Origin: Octopus vulgaris | Taxonomy: Eukaryota | Length of the DNA stretch: 64,000 nt | Assembly: GCA_951406725.2 (NCBI GenBank) | Contig: OX597821.1 | Coordinates: 88,660,001-88,724,000, forward strand | Reading direction: 5' to 3' | Shown: piece by piece, positions 12,190 through 26,463 of the stretch | Position numbering within the stretch: position 1 is the first letter of the stretch | Layout: every line of letters starts with the position of its first letter | Translations under genes and position numbers: made by a program | Notes under the pieces: generated by a model | What the model saw: only the letters and a program-made list of their open reading frames with translations | What the model was told of the DNA's origin: nothing | The model's database searches: none

Positions 12190-13592
12190 GAATGGTTGAA
12201 GAGAAAGGCAATTTCTGATAGGATACAAAGTACATAAAAAAATATATGGCAAAAATCAGGATGCTCAAACTTCGAGTGGAACAGAGCAATGGATGGTACC
12301 ATGGTAGTTAAGAACATTGACATTTTGAATAGATGGATAGTGTATAAATGTCATTATTTCATTGCCTACTTTTCCTGACTCTAATGAGGAGCCACAGATC
12401 CTGCCTCTGAAGTATAGGCAGTCATAAAAATGATGAGGAAAAACAAAGCTGCTGGGCCAGACGGATTTGTCATTGAGATAATATAAACAGTAAGAATATG
12501 GAATTAGAAACATGACTGATGTAATGAACAAGATCTATTACGATGGGAAACTTCCAGAAGATTTGAGTAAACCATTCTTTATTGCACTGCCGAAGAAATC
12601 GGGAGCAGTTGACTATGAGCAACATTGCACGATTAGTCTCATGTGTCACGTTACAAAGTTCATTCTGAGAATTTTACTTCCGTGAGCAAGAAGCAGAATA
12701 ACACCTGAGATTAGAATTAAACAATTTAGCTTTTGTAAGGAGTGCTGGTACAAGAAATATTGTTTGTGAATTGAGAATGATAACTGAGTAGGCGGTAGAC
12801 ATGTAAAATAACGTCTTCATGTGTTTCATAGACTGCACACAGACCTTCGAGAAGGTAAGACACGACATGTTATTTGAAGAACTCAGAAATCTTGATCTCC
12901 ATGGGAAAGTACTCGGAATCCTATAGAGGCTGTACTGGAACCAATCAGCATGCATAGATTTGCGTGGAAAATTCAACGAATACACTAACACCAAGAGAGT
13001 GGTTATAGAAATTGGTGATATGTCACCAAATCTCTTCAATTACTATTGGGAATCGATCGTAGGAGAACGAGAGAAGGAAAAATGTATTAGAATAGAAGGC
13101 TCGCAGAAAGTGAACTATCAAATCATTAAGCAGATATCATCCGTCAATTATCTTGGAACTTTGATCATAGAAGTCACAAGATATGTGCGGGAGATCAAAG
13201 ATGAATAGTGCTGGCAAAATCTACTTTTTCAAAATTGAATAACGTCTTGAGAAATCGTACTTTGAACACCAAGACGAAGATCTGTCTGTGAATGTGCTTG
13301 GAGAGCTGTGAAATGTGGTTCTTACGGGGAATACTGACAATAGCATGAATGGGAAAAGTTTGTAATGAGGAAATGATGACCCGTGCTGCAGTAAATAGTA
13401 AACTGCCCCGAGGAATATGGGCCAAGCAAGAAGGCCTGGGCAATTAAGCAATAACCGGAAAGATTAAACGTACCGGTTAGAAGACAGATGCATTAAACAT
13501 CAGGAAATAAAACTGTTGTAGACAACAAAGACCAGAGAATTGTGGCAGAAGATGATCGTCTCTGCCCAATGTTCTGGACATGGCGCCTAAAG
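12190..13592 (+). mobile_element. RTE-clade LINE, decayed RT with internal deletions
   Basis: Peptides KNKAAGPDG, IYYDGKLPEDLSKPFFIALPKKSGAVDYEQHCTISLMCHVTKFILRI, FMCFIDCTQTFEKVRH, LYWNQSA, MSPNLFN and NYLGTLI. The YADD segment is missing. Ends at a (TAGA/CAGA)n tail. Confidence 0.9.
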
Positions 13593-13604
13593 AGATAGAT
13601 AGAC

Positions 13605-13637
<33 letters not shown>

Positions 13638-14517
13638 GTGAGTGAGGGATGCTGAGTGAGAAAGAGATATAGAATGAGAGAGAGATTGTTCAAAATTCTG
13701 TTGTTCTGTATATACTAATGTATAAATTACGAATATATCCTAAATATATACCGCAACCTCTCATTTCCAATTTGCAAATGTCTCATGATGTTCAACCGAA
13801 CTTTCTGGTATAAGTTATCTTCTCTTTGCATGATTGATAAGTTGTATTCGGCATTTTAAAAATGTAATTTATGCCAAATGTGTAAATTATGGTTTTACCA
13901 GTTCTGTTTACCTCCATTTGCAATGAACAATGGTTTTATTTCTGTCTGCAACTATGTTTAACGCATTCATAGATTTCCTTCATTCTTTGCGTTTGCTATT
14001 TCTTGACACATACATTTTGACACATATATAAATGTATAATAATTTATATCATATATCTTCCATTAGCTCTCACAGCGTTCTTTCCAAAACTCAGACAATT
14101 TTGCAAATTGTAAACTATAACTTTAACAGTAAATATAATAATACAACTATATGTAAAACTATATACAAAAATATATATCTTATGAGTTCTGTATGTGTAC
14201 GCACACATGCAGATATACTTATATGTATAAAATGTACATATATGTATGTGCGTGTATGTGTGTATGTTAGCGTTATTTTCTACTTTGCCTACGTCACAAT
14301 TTGCAAATATAGATATACCTTACAATGAAATGTCGCAGGTGATAAATTTGTAAGTCTAATGAACTAGCTTTAAGAAAAGGAATCCATTGAACTATTCATT
14401 AAGCAGACATTGTTTACGTTCCAAGAATAGAGAGACTTCTTAAATAAAATCTAACATTATCACACACACACACACATACGCACAAACACGCACACATGCA
14501 CACAGACACACAAGTAT

Positions 14518-14623
<106 letters not shown>

Positions 14624-15338
14624 AATGAGGAGGGGAAGGAGGAGGAAATTCTTTTACAAACCGAATTCTTTGATTTTAGTTCCGCATTGGATAATTTTGT
14701 TATATTGTGCTTATACACTTCCACTTTCAAGTCGTTCGATGACTTTTTACACTTGACATACCTTTAATAAGAGAAGTACAAAAATGGCAGCAACGGCATT
14801 GTGTATATTTAAACATCCTTCTCTGAGACACGCAACACGCATATACACACGAACACACACTAGTGCACATATATGTGTGTGGATATGTGTGTTCGTGTAT
14901 ATAAATATACATATATATATACTTGGTTTTATAAATAGTAACTTACCGTTTGTATATATATGTGTATATATATATGTGTGTGTGTGTTTAGATATGTATG
15001 TACATAGATACACACACACACACACATTTATATATACCATCTTGATATAAGCGCAAATGTATATACAATCCTACACATAGATACTTTCATGTCTAAATAT
15101 ATGTATCCAAATATGTGTTTTTATATACATCTATTTATCTATCTATCTACATATATATTTATATATATATATACATCTACACACACACACACACATATAT
15201 ATATATAGAGAGAGAGATACTACTGTGTGTATATCTGTATATTTATGTGGGTGTGTGTGAATGTGCGTATAATACATAATATATTATGTATGTATGTATA
15301 TATGTATATATATACGTGTGTGTGCGTGTGTGTGTATG

Positions 15339-15396
<58 letters not shown>

Positions 15397-17436
15397 ATGA
15401 AAATATAACTCGACGAATGTACATAAACGTTCGAAGAGGAATGTGCTTGTATTCTAAGATTCAGTTTAAAACGAATTTTAGGTGAGTTTTAAAATGTCTT
15501 ATACATGAGTATATAACGCTATATAACTGTTTCGATTGTTTTCGAAACTCCGGATCCACGGATACGCATTCAATATCGTTAGATAGAGAACCCATAACAG
15601 GGCCCCTGTCCTGTTCCTTAGAATTGGTCATAACCTATACTGCCTCCTTGAAAATATGCATAAGTTTTATACCCTATAGTTTCCATGAAGAGGAAATCCA
15701 AGCTATCCTAATTTTGTCCCAAAAGAAACGATTTGTTAAAAAACTTCAAACAAACCATCGGTGATAACAGGGAAGTAGCACACTAGCCCTAGCTGGTTCA
15801 CATACATTTGCATTATATTTTTACCCTTATTTAACCATTATTTTCCTTACCGGTTACTCTCAACGTGACCAATAATCATGAGGCTAAAATTACACCAAAC
15901 ACCTATTGTTGACACATAATCTGGAAATTAAGCTGGTATCATAGAATTCGTTATCTCGCCACTTGGTGTACTGGTAAGGTATAGTGAAATCCTATAGACA
16001 GTAAACTACCTAACGTCAATCTGCCCTAACTCCTGAGGCATAATCTCCCGTCTAGTGAAAACACGTTCCCATGTTCAAAAGAAGGGTCTTTCGATACCAT
16101 CAACAACAGAAATTGAATAGTAATTTATTTATCGATTCTGGATAAAGGAAAATTATCGATGATCTTTATAGGATTCAACTCAGGCGGAGCATATACGAAA
16201 ATTAACGACTGTTGTTGCACAGCAAATTATCCTCATGATTGAACCTACAGATAGGGTCAAGCATGCTTTCACTTTGTTGATAATCTTGTATTTATTTTTG
16301 TAACTTATAGTCATGATTTTCCTTGGCTATCTCATCCTAAATACAAACAATTTTTTAAAACTTGTTTACGTTTATAAACAGCTGCTTCCTTAGCTTTTGA
16401 ATACCGGGTTGACCTTGCTAATTCTACGATTTAGTTAATTATTGAACTTAACATGATTACTGGTCGAACCCCTTTCATACATTAGATAAATTATTTCGAC
16501 GATAATATACTTAGAATGTTTACCTATAGCCGTGCCATTGCTTGGCTTATAAAGAACTTCCAAATATTAATATTCAAACAGAAGTTTGCAGTTTCACTGC
16601 CACAACTATCCACGAAGCTTTTCATTTCTTCCGCGCTATGGGGACACAAAGTCACAATCCTCAGCGATCTGCATTTCTGCTATTAAGGTGTGCGTGATAT
16701 TAATTTTCGTATAGATGTCTCACACATTAAACAGCGTAGGCATCAGATCGTGTCTTTGATGTATGTCGCTTCGTTGGAAGTGGAGTATAACTCCTCGAGC
16801 ATCCATAACAATTACAACGGAAATAATATTAGTTTGTCTAGAACTGTAACATCAAACTGTGCAGAATCCATGAGTGGGAACTCTATAAGAGAGAAATTCC
16901 TGCGCATCCAAATATTCTGCTTTTCTGCTGCATGTTTTTCGCTCCATCGTTTCTGTTGCCTACGTTATATCAATGAAGAGATTTTCTTTTTCATTGGTTA
17001 TTCTTGAATCTAGAGAACTATAAACATTATATCCTTTCTTCTCCCTCTTCTGAAAGAACAGTGAATTTTAGATATAGATAACTCATTTCTTCACTCAGAA
17101 AATTAAACCATGCTTTGTACAGTAGGATTTCTTCACTTTCAGCAAAGTGGAAAATGAAGAACATTCAATAGTTTTTACATTCATTGCTATTATACCTCTC
17201 GAACAGGAAGACGATGAAAGTATACTCCTTATAGTATGAGATATCATGAGCCAGCCAGTGGTTCTAACATCATCTTCTAGAGATATTCAAAGGGTTTGTC
17301 ACTTCTATAGAGACAAAACTGCCAAAAAGACGTAGCACTCAAGCAGCCGAGATTACATAAATAGAATTACACACACATTCATACATATGTGTACACATAA
17401 ACTCGCACTCTTTAATATTTATACATACACACACTA

Positions 17437-17472
<36 letters not shown>

Positions 17473-17551
17473 GTACATATGTATACATATATATGTATAC
17501 ACACATATATATATATATACATACATATATATATGTATGTATATATACACA

Positions 17552-17590
<39 letters not shown>

Positions 17591-17595
<5 letters not shown>

Positions 17596-17875
17596 TAGAA
17601 ATGTAGTCTACAGCATAGGGTGTACAGAGGGTGCTTGTAAAGGCAAAAACATGATATCGAGAAGCATTGTGGAGAGATTAAGTGAACATTTGAGACAATA
17701 TGGCGACAAAAAAACAGTCCTCCATACTTAACCAATATTCCAAAGACCAGCATAGAGTCACACTAGGTCAATTTGATATACGCATTTTATCCAAGCACCC
17801 GATGGACCGAATACTCAGACAAATACAGTACTACGTCCTCATAAATGAAACATCGCGTGCTAAATAAGAATACAC
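17591..17875 (+). pseudogene. Degenerate Penelope-like GIY-YIG endonuclease fragment
   Basis: [14 protein letters not shown]...[14 protein letters not shown]...ILSKHPMDRILRQI aligns by eye with the ORF at 48707-49123. Frameshifted and follows a TA tract. Confidence 0.7.
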
Positions 17876-17943
17876 GTAGAAAGTAGTTATATCTCATCTC
17901 CCACAGTTTAGATATACACAGCTGGAGTTGTTATTTAGTCGTA

Positions 17944-17944
17944 T

Positions 17945-18008
<64 letters not shown>

Positions 18009-18016
18009 ATACATAC

Positions 18017-18079
<63 letters not shown>

Positions 18080-18121
18080 TATATTATATATAGTATGCAA
18101 AGGGACCATATAAATTATTAC

Positions 18122-18198
<77 letters not shown>
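17944..18198. repeat. Compound (TA)n microsatellite
   Basis: Read directly from the sequence. Confidence 0.9.
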
Positions 18199-18201
<3 letters not shown>

Positions 18202-18420
18202 CAAATATTAGGGAATAAATCCAAACTTACTGGGAAAAATCAGATCTAGGATTAAATCCAATTTTATAGTATAAATATATTATATTATATATTAAATTAG
18301 AGTTAAAACCACTATTAGGCAAATCAAACAATGAAAAACATAAGCCAATAAATAAAATTAATTTAATTTATATTATTTTAAATATATATCAAAAGTATTA
18401 AAAGTTTAATAAAAGATAAA
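18199..18420 (-). mobile_element. Family P1 terminal-repeat fragment
   Basis: TTAGGGAATAAATCCAAACTTAC...AAAACCACTATTAGGCAAATCAAACA is nearly identical to 54931-55100 and lies between TA tracts. Orientation inferred from the 1237 copy. Confidence 0.75.
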
Positions 18421-18423
18421 GAG

Positions 18424-18484
18424 TATATGTATATATATATATATATATATACATATATACATATATATATATGTATATAAAGAT

Positions 18485-18515
<31 letters not shown>

Positions 18516-18537
18516 TATAAATATATATATATATATG

Positions 18538-18585
<48 letters not shown>

Positions 18586-18607
18586 TATACACATACATAT
18601 ATATATG

Positions 18608-18672
<65 letters not shown>

Positions 18673-18691
18673 TTATATACATATATATATG

Positions 18692-18756
<65 letters not shown>

Positions 18757-18784
18757 GTATACATATATATATATATACATATAT

Positions 18785-18847
<63 letters not shown>
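18424..18847. repeat. Long compound (TA)n + (GA)n microsatellite
   Basis: Read directly from the sequence. Confidence 0.95.
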
Positions 18848-18952
18848 AATTCGGGGTGAGTACTTGATAATTGTAAGCACCTGTATATACCGTTTGGTGG
18901 TGTAGGTGGTGGAGTAAATTAATCAAAATAAAAACATGCTGCCAAGGATTCA

Positions 18953-19030
18953 GCGGTACATATGTTTCGGGCCTTTATTAGACGGATTTATGACAATGCA
19001 TAATGTGTGTCTGTGGCCTTCTTCAGCCGC
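18953..19030 (-). ncRNA. Type I hammerhead ribozyme motif in a PLE-like terminal repeat (element about 18848-19110)
   Basis: Minus strand: GCGG-CUGAAGA-AGGCC...GGCCC-GAA-ACAUAUGU-A-CCGC. Canonical CUGANGA/GAAA core, GUA triplet and palindromic stem III. A-C mismatch at the base of stem II. Confidence 0.8.
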
Positions 19031-19735
19031 GCACAACTACTTCCTCAAGGACATGTATTACATCAAAAATTCTTGGTTGGGGATGCAAATCCTCTCATTC
19101 GCGTACGACATAATATATACGACATATATATATACTCATAAACGTCCTCATAAATGAGAAGAGACATATATATATACTAGATGCACGCAGAGCTCTATGT
19201 ATGCATTAATGTATATATGCATATGTGTACGCATGTGTGCGTGTTTAGGTATGTCTTCTCATTCTGTTATCTGAGGTCGATCCTCAAGCATTATGACAAA
19301 GCAATTGGCTTTCATTATTTATGCTGTGGAATCTATTGCATCATTTCAGCTCATGACATTGAATCTAGTGTTACTTCTCTTTCATCTAATACATTTTTAA
19401 AAAGGCATCATTTACTTAATTGTTGAAGCAGAAATAACCATGCAAAATATGGCAAAAGCTAACATACTTTCAATGGAATAGTCTCACACCTCACTGCAGA
19501 ATCCTTTTCAACACTTAGTTAATTTTCCACAATTCGATTGCCGGAGTTATCTTCCTTTCTTTCTTGACCATAAATAATCATTGCGATTTCTCCTCAATGT
19601 ACACGTATCTCCGGTTAATTATAATCTCTGATATTAGCTACATATATGCATCACCAATGTAGACGTATTACAATCAAGTGAATGAATGGCTTATTGGTTA
19701 GGGGAATAGACTCACAATTCCCAGCGGCGCGTTAT

Positions 19736-20143
19736 ACTCTTTTACTCTTTTCTCTTTTACTTGTTTCAGTCATTTGACTGCGGCCATGCTGGAGCACCGC
19801 CTTTAGTCGAGCAAATCGACCCCGGGACTTATTCTTTGTAAGCCCAGTACTTATTCTATCGGTCTCCTTTGCCGAACCGCTAAATAACGGGGACGTGAAC
19901 ACACCAGCATCGGTTGTCAAGCAATGCTAGGGGGACAAACACAGACACACAAACACACACATACACACATATATATATATACATATATACGACAGGCTTC
20001 TTTCAGTTTCCGTCTACCAAATCCACTCACAAGGCATTGGTCGGCCCAGGGCTATAGCAGAAGACACTTGCCCAAGATGCCACGCAGTGGGACTGAACCC
20101 GGAACCATGTGGTTGGTTAGCAAGCTACTTACCACACAGCCAC
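19736..20143 (-). mobile_element. SINE family A with 93-bp flanking direct repeat
   Basis: Family A body. 19643-19735 is repeated at 20144-20236. Confidence 0.95.
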
Positions 20144-20633
20144 TATATGCATCACCAATGTAGACGTATTACAGTCAAGTGAATGAATGGCTGATTGGTT
20201 AGGGCAATAGACTCACAATTCCCAGCGGCGCATTATGTGCATACATAGCGGCAACATGCATACATAATCCTTAACCGAGCGACTCACCTAAAAATTCCAC
20301 CTAGAAAGTCGTGTTCTCTGTGTCACTCTCTCTGTTTCCCTATCCATCTCTCGCTCTGACCGTCTGCCTGTCTCTCTTACCTTTTCCTATGTTATATATG
20401 TGACGGCAACCACGGCTAGTTTGAATTATTTACATCCCATCTGCATGTATTTTTACTCGACACATACGTCCTTAATCTCTTCTCAATCCCTTCTTGATAT
20501 CACCAGTCTTACCACGCTCTAATCACATTTTTCAATCCTTTAAACGAAGAATTCAAATTTCAAGAATTACTCCACGTACACACACACATGCGCACACACA
20601 CACGCACATACGCACTCATGCACACACTCACTT

Positions 20634-20669
<36 letters not shown>

Positions 20670-20841
20670 ACACATAATCACAACTCACGCACTCAATTTA
20701 TTTCCTGGGACCATCGCCTTAGTAATATTCGAGTTGCATCGAATGATCATTGATGGGTTAAATGACCTATAAAAGTTATGACCTTCCATATACATCTTCT
20801 GAGAATGTCCTATACATTGTCAGAGAAAGTGTGAGTTCGTT

Positions 20842-21229
20842 ACTCTTTACTCTTTTTACTTGTTTCAGTCATTTGACTGCGGCCATGCTGGAGCACCGCC
20901 TTTAATCGAGCAAATCGACCCCGGGACTTATTCTTTGTAAGCCCAGTACTTATTCTATCGGTCTATTTTGCCGAACCGCTAAGTGACGGGGACGTAAACA
21001 CACCAGCATCGGTTGTCAAGCAATGCTAGAGGAACAAGCACACACACATATATTCATATATATACATATATACGACGGGCTTCTTTCAGTTTCCGTCTAC
21101 CAAATCCACTCACAAGGCTTTGGTTGGCCCGGGGCTATATCAGAAGACACTTACCCAAGATGCCACGCAGTGGGACTGAACCGGGAACCATGTGGTTGGT
21201 TAGCAAGCTACTTACCACACAGCCACTCC
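20842..21229 (-). mobile_element. SINE family A
   Basis: Near-identical to the other copies. Confidence 0.95.
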
Positions 21230-22183
21230 AGTGACTCTACTCTAAGTAGATCTTGTTGCCGATTTCATTCAAAGTAGAACCATTTATCTTATTGATTCTT
21301 GAAGTCGATTGAACTCTGTAACTGGCTCAACATACCTTTAGCTCTGTAAGAGACTCAATCTATATCCATCTTCCTCAGATGCTCAAAGTCGATCCAGCTG
21401 TCTCTCATTGGCTCAACTTAATTCCTTTTGTCTGATATTTGCTGTTCTACTTGAGCTGCTCCTATTTATCAATTATATAAAAATTCGCTTTCGCCTTGTT
21501 TTTGGTTTCTTTTATATTTTGACTTAACGTAATGCATAAATCAAATGACTTCAAAGAAAGCACAGAAAACAAGACATGTTGATACGAAGTGTTGATTCAA
21601 AATAGATGACTTTTCCTAAAACACAACGACAACAACAAAAATAACTTTCTCTGTTGATAAGCGTGCAAAATCACCGAGAAATGCTTACTCTAATGATGGA
21701 TGCTATTTTACAAAATGGCAAAACCATCTGAACAACACTTTGATGTTTGTAGAAAATTGTTTTGGTTTTGGTTCCCATGAAAATTTCCCAGCAGCCATTT
21801 ATTGCTTCTTATGAAATATGCAATTGTAGTTTGGTTTGTATCGTCGAGAGCTAGTAAAAGAGACAGAGATAGCGAAAGAAGGAGAAAAGTAGAGTCAGCG
21901 AGGAGGCGTAAGGAGGAGGGAATGTGAGGGGGAGGGGTGAGAGAGGAAGGTGAGAGTGAGAGACTGAGAATGTGAAGAAAGAGATACAGGGGAAGAAAGC
22001 TGCGTAGAAAAAGAGAGATGTCAAGTGATAGAAGGAAAAAAAAAAGAAAATAGAAGGAAAAAATAAAGTATCTTTATATATTGGATTGTCACTCAAAAAC
22101 AAATGAACAAAGGAAAAATCGTTACATATATTTGCCACAAGGACAGCAGAGAAAATAATGGAAACGAAGAATAATCCAAAACC

Positions 22184-22267
22184 CAACTACTACAACTGCC
22201 ACCACCACCACCACCATCACCGCCACTACTACTACAAATTTTACTACTACTACTGCTCTGCTGCTGT

Positions 22268-22304
<37 letters not shown>

Positions 22305-22315
22305 AATAATAATAA
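22184..22315. repeat. Compound trinucleotide microsatellite (CAC/TAC/TGC/GAT/AAT)
   Basis: Read directly from the sequence; explains the poly-H/Y/D ORF. Confidence 0.9.
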
Positions 22316-23333
22316 ATCGAAAGAATTGATGAGAGACGAATAAAAATTGCTTTTCGCCAAATAGTTGTAAATAATTTGGCATTGAAGTGTCTTTCGTGAA
22401 ATGGTCACTCCTTGACAAAGCACTATCTTTACAAAAATCTCGACAACCCAGGAAGCAAATAAATTGGAAAAACTTTACCAAACTCTTCAGTTCACTTTTA
22501 CCTAATCACCATCTTTCTTTCCATTCGCTCTTTTCTTTTGTCGCTGATATTCGTAAAGCTAATGTTCTGAACATATTACGAGGATATTCTCTGGAAATGT
22601 CTTGATATCTTAATAATGTTCCCGATTTCCGGTTGGTTCTTCATAGATTCCGCCAGTTCTTCAGCGACAATATCTTAATTGCTTTGTAAACATCAAAGCT
22701 GTACAGCTAAGCTATGACCCAATCCTAACTGACCCTGATCTTCTAAAAACCAAACCATTTTCATTTTCGCTTATGTTTCTTTACTCATTTCCTATACTTC
22801 CCCTCCTTTCCATTCTTTTCTTTGTTCTTTCATTGTTTTGTTGTTATGGAACTAAGTGAAACGAAGGAAAGAAGGCAAGATATAATATTAAAATCAAACA
22901 AAACGAATTAACGTGCAGTAAAGAAATTCTCCTTGCAACAACGTGGATAATGTTTCGGTTTGTCATTGATGCATTTTGGATATATGTCTATTACCATAAC
23001 ATCGTGTTGTCCAGTGTTACATTAATAAAATTTTATGGAGATACAGCAAGGTTTGCACACTGCATGCTAGCTGTCAACTAGTAGGCGGATATGACCATCA
23101 CTGTGAAATTGTCTTATCCTAGATGTTAAAGACAATAGTTGTCAGCAATGTCGTGCTGATTTTAAAGTCATACCACTGTTAGGACTCTCATCTAGAAAAC
23201 CATGTATTCCAGAATAAGGCAAGAGCAACATATCCAGCTTCACAATGAAGCGTTGTTTCCTTTTCTTAGAGAGATGGCTATGCAAAAACTTGGTATAGCT
23301 CATTGTCATGTACTATGAATACATGTCTATACA

Positions 23334-23523
23334 CAAGGGGTTGCTGAAATGTTCTCCTAACTTTGGGCAAAATAAAATAAAAGAGGATCAGTTAAATATT
23401 CACACACATGTTGCAGCGATCTTTCAGTTCTTCTAAGCCCTGTAAAATAACTCGGATGGTTGGGCCTCCTGTCGGGCCTTCCACAAATCCCTTAAAGCCA
23501 GAAACTTTGCAGCATCTCCTGGT
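23334..23523 (-). mobile_element. Short mariner-derived MITE-like element
   Basis: Imperfect TIRs CAAGGGGTTGCTGAAATGTT / GAAACTTTGCAGCATCTCCTG. The interior encodes a mariner C-terminal remnant, GLEELKDRCNMCV, on the minus strand. Confidence 0.6.
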
Positions 23524-23885
23524 GCGTTCATACACACATACATGTCAAAGACCTATTTGGACTCTTTTAAGAAAAATTTTAATAAAACACAAAGGAAAAT
23601 CTTACACATATAAATACCTAACCGACAGTAGATATGCTTCGGTTGTCAGAAAGTGAAATCGGCCAACTAATTCGCACATTACAAATACAACCTGTAATTG
23701 GAATAGTAAAAATACTCAGGACTTTAGCAGATTTAAAGTATAATATTGTTTTCTTTATCTACTTCCAAACGTTGGAGCTTTATATTATTATTAGAAGCCA
23801 CCTCCTTCCTCGAAGGAAGTTTTTGAATAATTAAAAACATACACACATACATGCATACCTAAAAATTATGTATCATCATAGAAGT

Positions 23886-24034
23886 TAGATTTCTCTGAGA
23901 CATGGTTCTCCTGGGATGTTATTTAGATGTTTCTGACATCCCTTTCTTATCATACCGAGGGCACCCACAATAACAGGAATAGCTCTCGCTTTAAGATGCC
24001 ACAGCTTTGGCATTTCAATTTCCAGGTCCTTATA
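23886..24034 (-). mobile_element. R4/Dong-type non-LTR fragment (restriction-like endonuclease C-terminus)
   Basis: YKDLEIEMPKLWHLKARAIPVIVGALGMIRKGCQKHLNNIPGEPCLREI contains the KY-DL...W...IPVIVGALG motif of RLE-type retrotransposons. Confidence 0.75.
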
Positions 24035-24073
24035 TATACGTAATATGTTACATTCTTCACACATATATTTTCA

Positions 24074-24147
24074 TCGACTTTACATTTCAACCTTTCGGGG
24101 TCGATAAATTAAGTACCAGTGAAACACTGGGTCGATATAATCGACTA
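24074..24147 (+). mobile_element. SINE family B, central fragment
   Basis: CCTTTCGGGGTCGATAAATTAAGTACCAG...GTCGATATAATCGACT. Confidence 0.8.
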
Positions 24148-26053
24148 GTCTTCTCCAAATCGCATGCCTTATTATTATTATTATTGCTGATTTTGAATAA
24201 CTTGGTATTCAGATACAGTGGTGCTATATTCTTGGCAATACCCTATGGCAAATCTTCTCTAGGTTTAGTGTAACCATATTTTGGTATAGGAAAAAATCTC
24301 AGAATCTAAACGAAGATATTGCATTTGGGAAGTCTGAGTAACATCAGCTGACGTTCGTAGAAAATAAGATTTCTATTTTGGTCTTGAAGAGAAAATCTAA
24401 TATTTCTTAATTTCCTTGAATACAGTTGTTCTTCAGTTTCCAGTGTATAAATTAACAGTGGTATTTTAGGGACAGCTAAGAGGAAAATTGTTACATTATC
24501 CATTTCATTCACTCACAGCTAATGTAAAGAAGCTTTCAAGTTTGTGCCTGCATGTGTGCGTGAGTATGTCTTCTGAGTGTTTTGTGCGTGAGCTCGTATG
24601 TTATATTTGTGCAGGCGTATTCCTGTAAGCGTGTATCCTTATATATACCTATAGGTTTATGTAGGTTCCTAAATACGTCTTAATACGTCCAGAGTATGTG
24701 AATATATGTGGATGTAAATCTGTACGTCTGTCGTTTTCATGGGCCTTAATTTCTCGTTTGTCAAGGTTTAACTTTGGTTAAAGACAACGAAACCTCAATA
24801 GAAAATGCACTCATGATCTATGGCTTAGTATTCAATCATATGGTTCAGTCTCTATCACGTGATCCAATACCAACCACATACAATGCATTCACTTACACAC
24901 AAGTGCTTATATTGATACGCGCATACAAATACGCATCGATTATCACTAAGGACACAAATACGAATCAAGCTGATAACTATTACCCGTTCTCTCGACCAGG
25001 TAGAAATTGCGGCGAAGCCTCCTTGAAATCAGACTTTCCGACCCTAAAGTAGGAAATACTTTTTGATTATATAGTTATGGATGTATTATAATCGACGAAT
25101 ATATGATTAAGGCTGAAATATAATTTTTGTATCTTTTACTCAAGATGGACTTAACGATAAAAGAAAGGCAGCATTGAAAGAGGCTTCTTTCTCCCCTCCC
25201 CAGTGCTCATGACTGGTGAGGGAGAAGAGCTACTCAGTACTAATAGAGGTACCCAAGGTGGTGGTATTGGAATAAATACTAGGACCTCCATGCTGCAATT
25301 CTTAAAACTCTTCCAACACAAAGGATTGGATTCGTACCTTTCATCGATCCCGAAAGAATGAAACATCAATTTAATCTTAGCAGAATTTGAATTCCTAGCA
25401 CAACCAGTCAGATCATTAAACTATTTGACCTGAAGTTAAAGAAGGCATAAATATTACGGACGTACACAGACATATTTACGCCCATGTGAATAAAATATTG
25501 GTATTCAATATGAGTGCGTTTGTGTGTTCGTGATTGCGTGCGTTTGAGAGTGTGTATATTTGTGCGTGCATGCGTGTGTGTGTGTTTGTGACTATGCTTG
25601 TACGCTTGTTTATACATTTAATTGTGTCTATATGCACAAAACGTATATAAGTGTAGGGTGGTCAGTTAAGTAGCAGGTTTGTTTTTACTTGCTTATAGAC
25701 AATGTTTGGGTTAACGGGGTCAATGAAATTGAGACAAGTATTTCCAGAGTGCTGCAGTACAGCGAGGAAGTATTTGAGTGTGTTTACAAAAGAGCTTTAT
25801 AAGTGAGGCATAGTAGAGATGACGAAGTGTTTAGTGGGTTCTTGACAAGAGTTTCAGGGGAGAGAATACTCTAACACTGATAACCTAGAGATAGTAGCAT
25901 TCTTACTGTCTTGTGTTGACTAGAGTATAAATAGCATTTGTTTTGTACAGATAAACTTGAGGTAACAAAGGCATTTGCTAAACAGCTAATCAAAACTCAA
26001 CAAACTGAGATTATTTGACCACATTCCATAGAAATCTAAGCATTGGAAATCTA

Positions 26054-26463
26054 GGTGCAGGAGTGGCTGTGTGGTAAGTAGCTTCGTTACCAACCACATG
26101 GTTCCAGGTTCAGTCCCACTGCGTGGCACCTTGGGCAAGTGTCTTCTACTATAGCCTCGGGCCGACCAAAGCCTTGTGAGTGAATTTGGTAGACGGAAAC
26201 TGAAAGAAGCCCGTCGTATATATGTATGTATATATATATGTGTGTGCGTGTGTGTTTGTCCCCCCAACATCCCTTGACAACCGATGCTGTTGTGCTTACT
26301 TACCCGTCACTTAGCGGTTCGGCAAAAAGAGACCGATAGAATAAGTACTAGGCTTACATAGAATAAGTCCCGGGGTCGATTTGCTCGACTAAAGACGGTG
26401 CTTCATCATGGCCGCAGTCAAATGACTGAAACAAGTAAAAGAGTAAAAGAGAGAGTAAAGAGT
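26054..26463 (+). mobile_element. SINE family A
   Basis: Full head-to-tail match to the other copies. Confidence 0.95.

Noticed and set aside
15518-15586. Decayed hammerhead-like motif on the minus strand (CUAACGA...GAAAC)
   Set aside because: Multiple core mismatches, and the stem I/III register does not close cleanly.
20700-21480. Possible RTE C-terminal fossil around the SINE at 20842
   Set aside because: Only a vague FIGHL-type resemblance, too decayed to call.
22158-22343. ORF with poly-His/Tyr/Asp
   Set aside because: It is a compound trinucleotide microsatellite.
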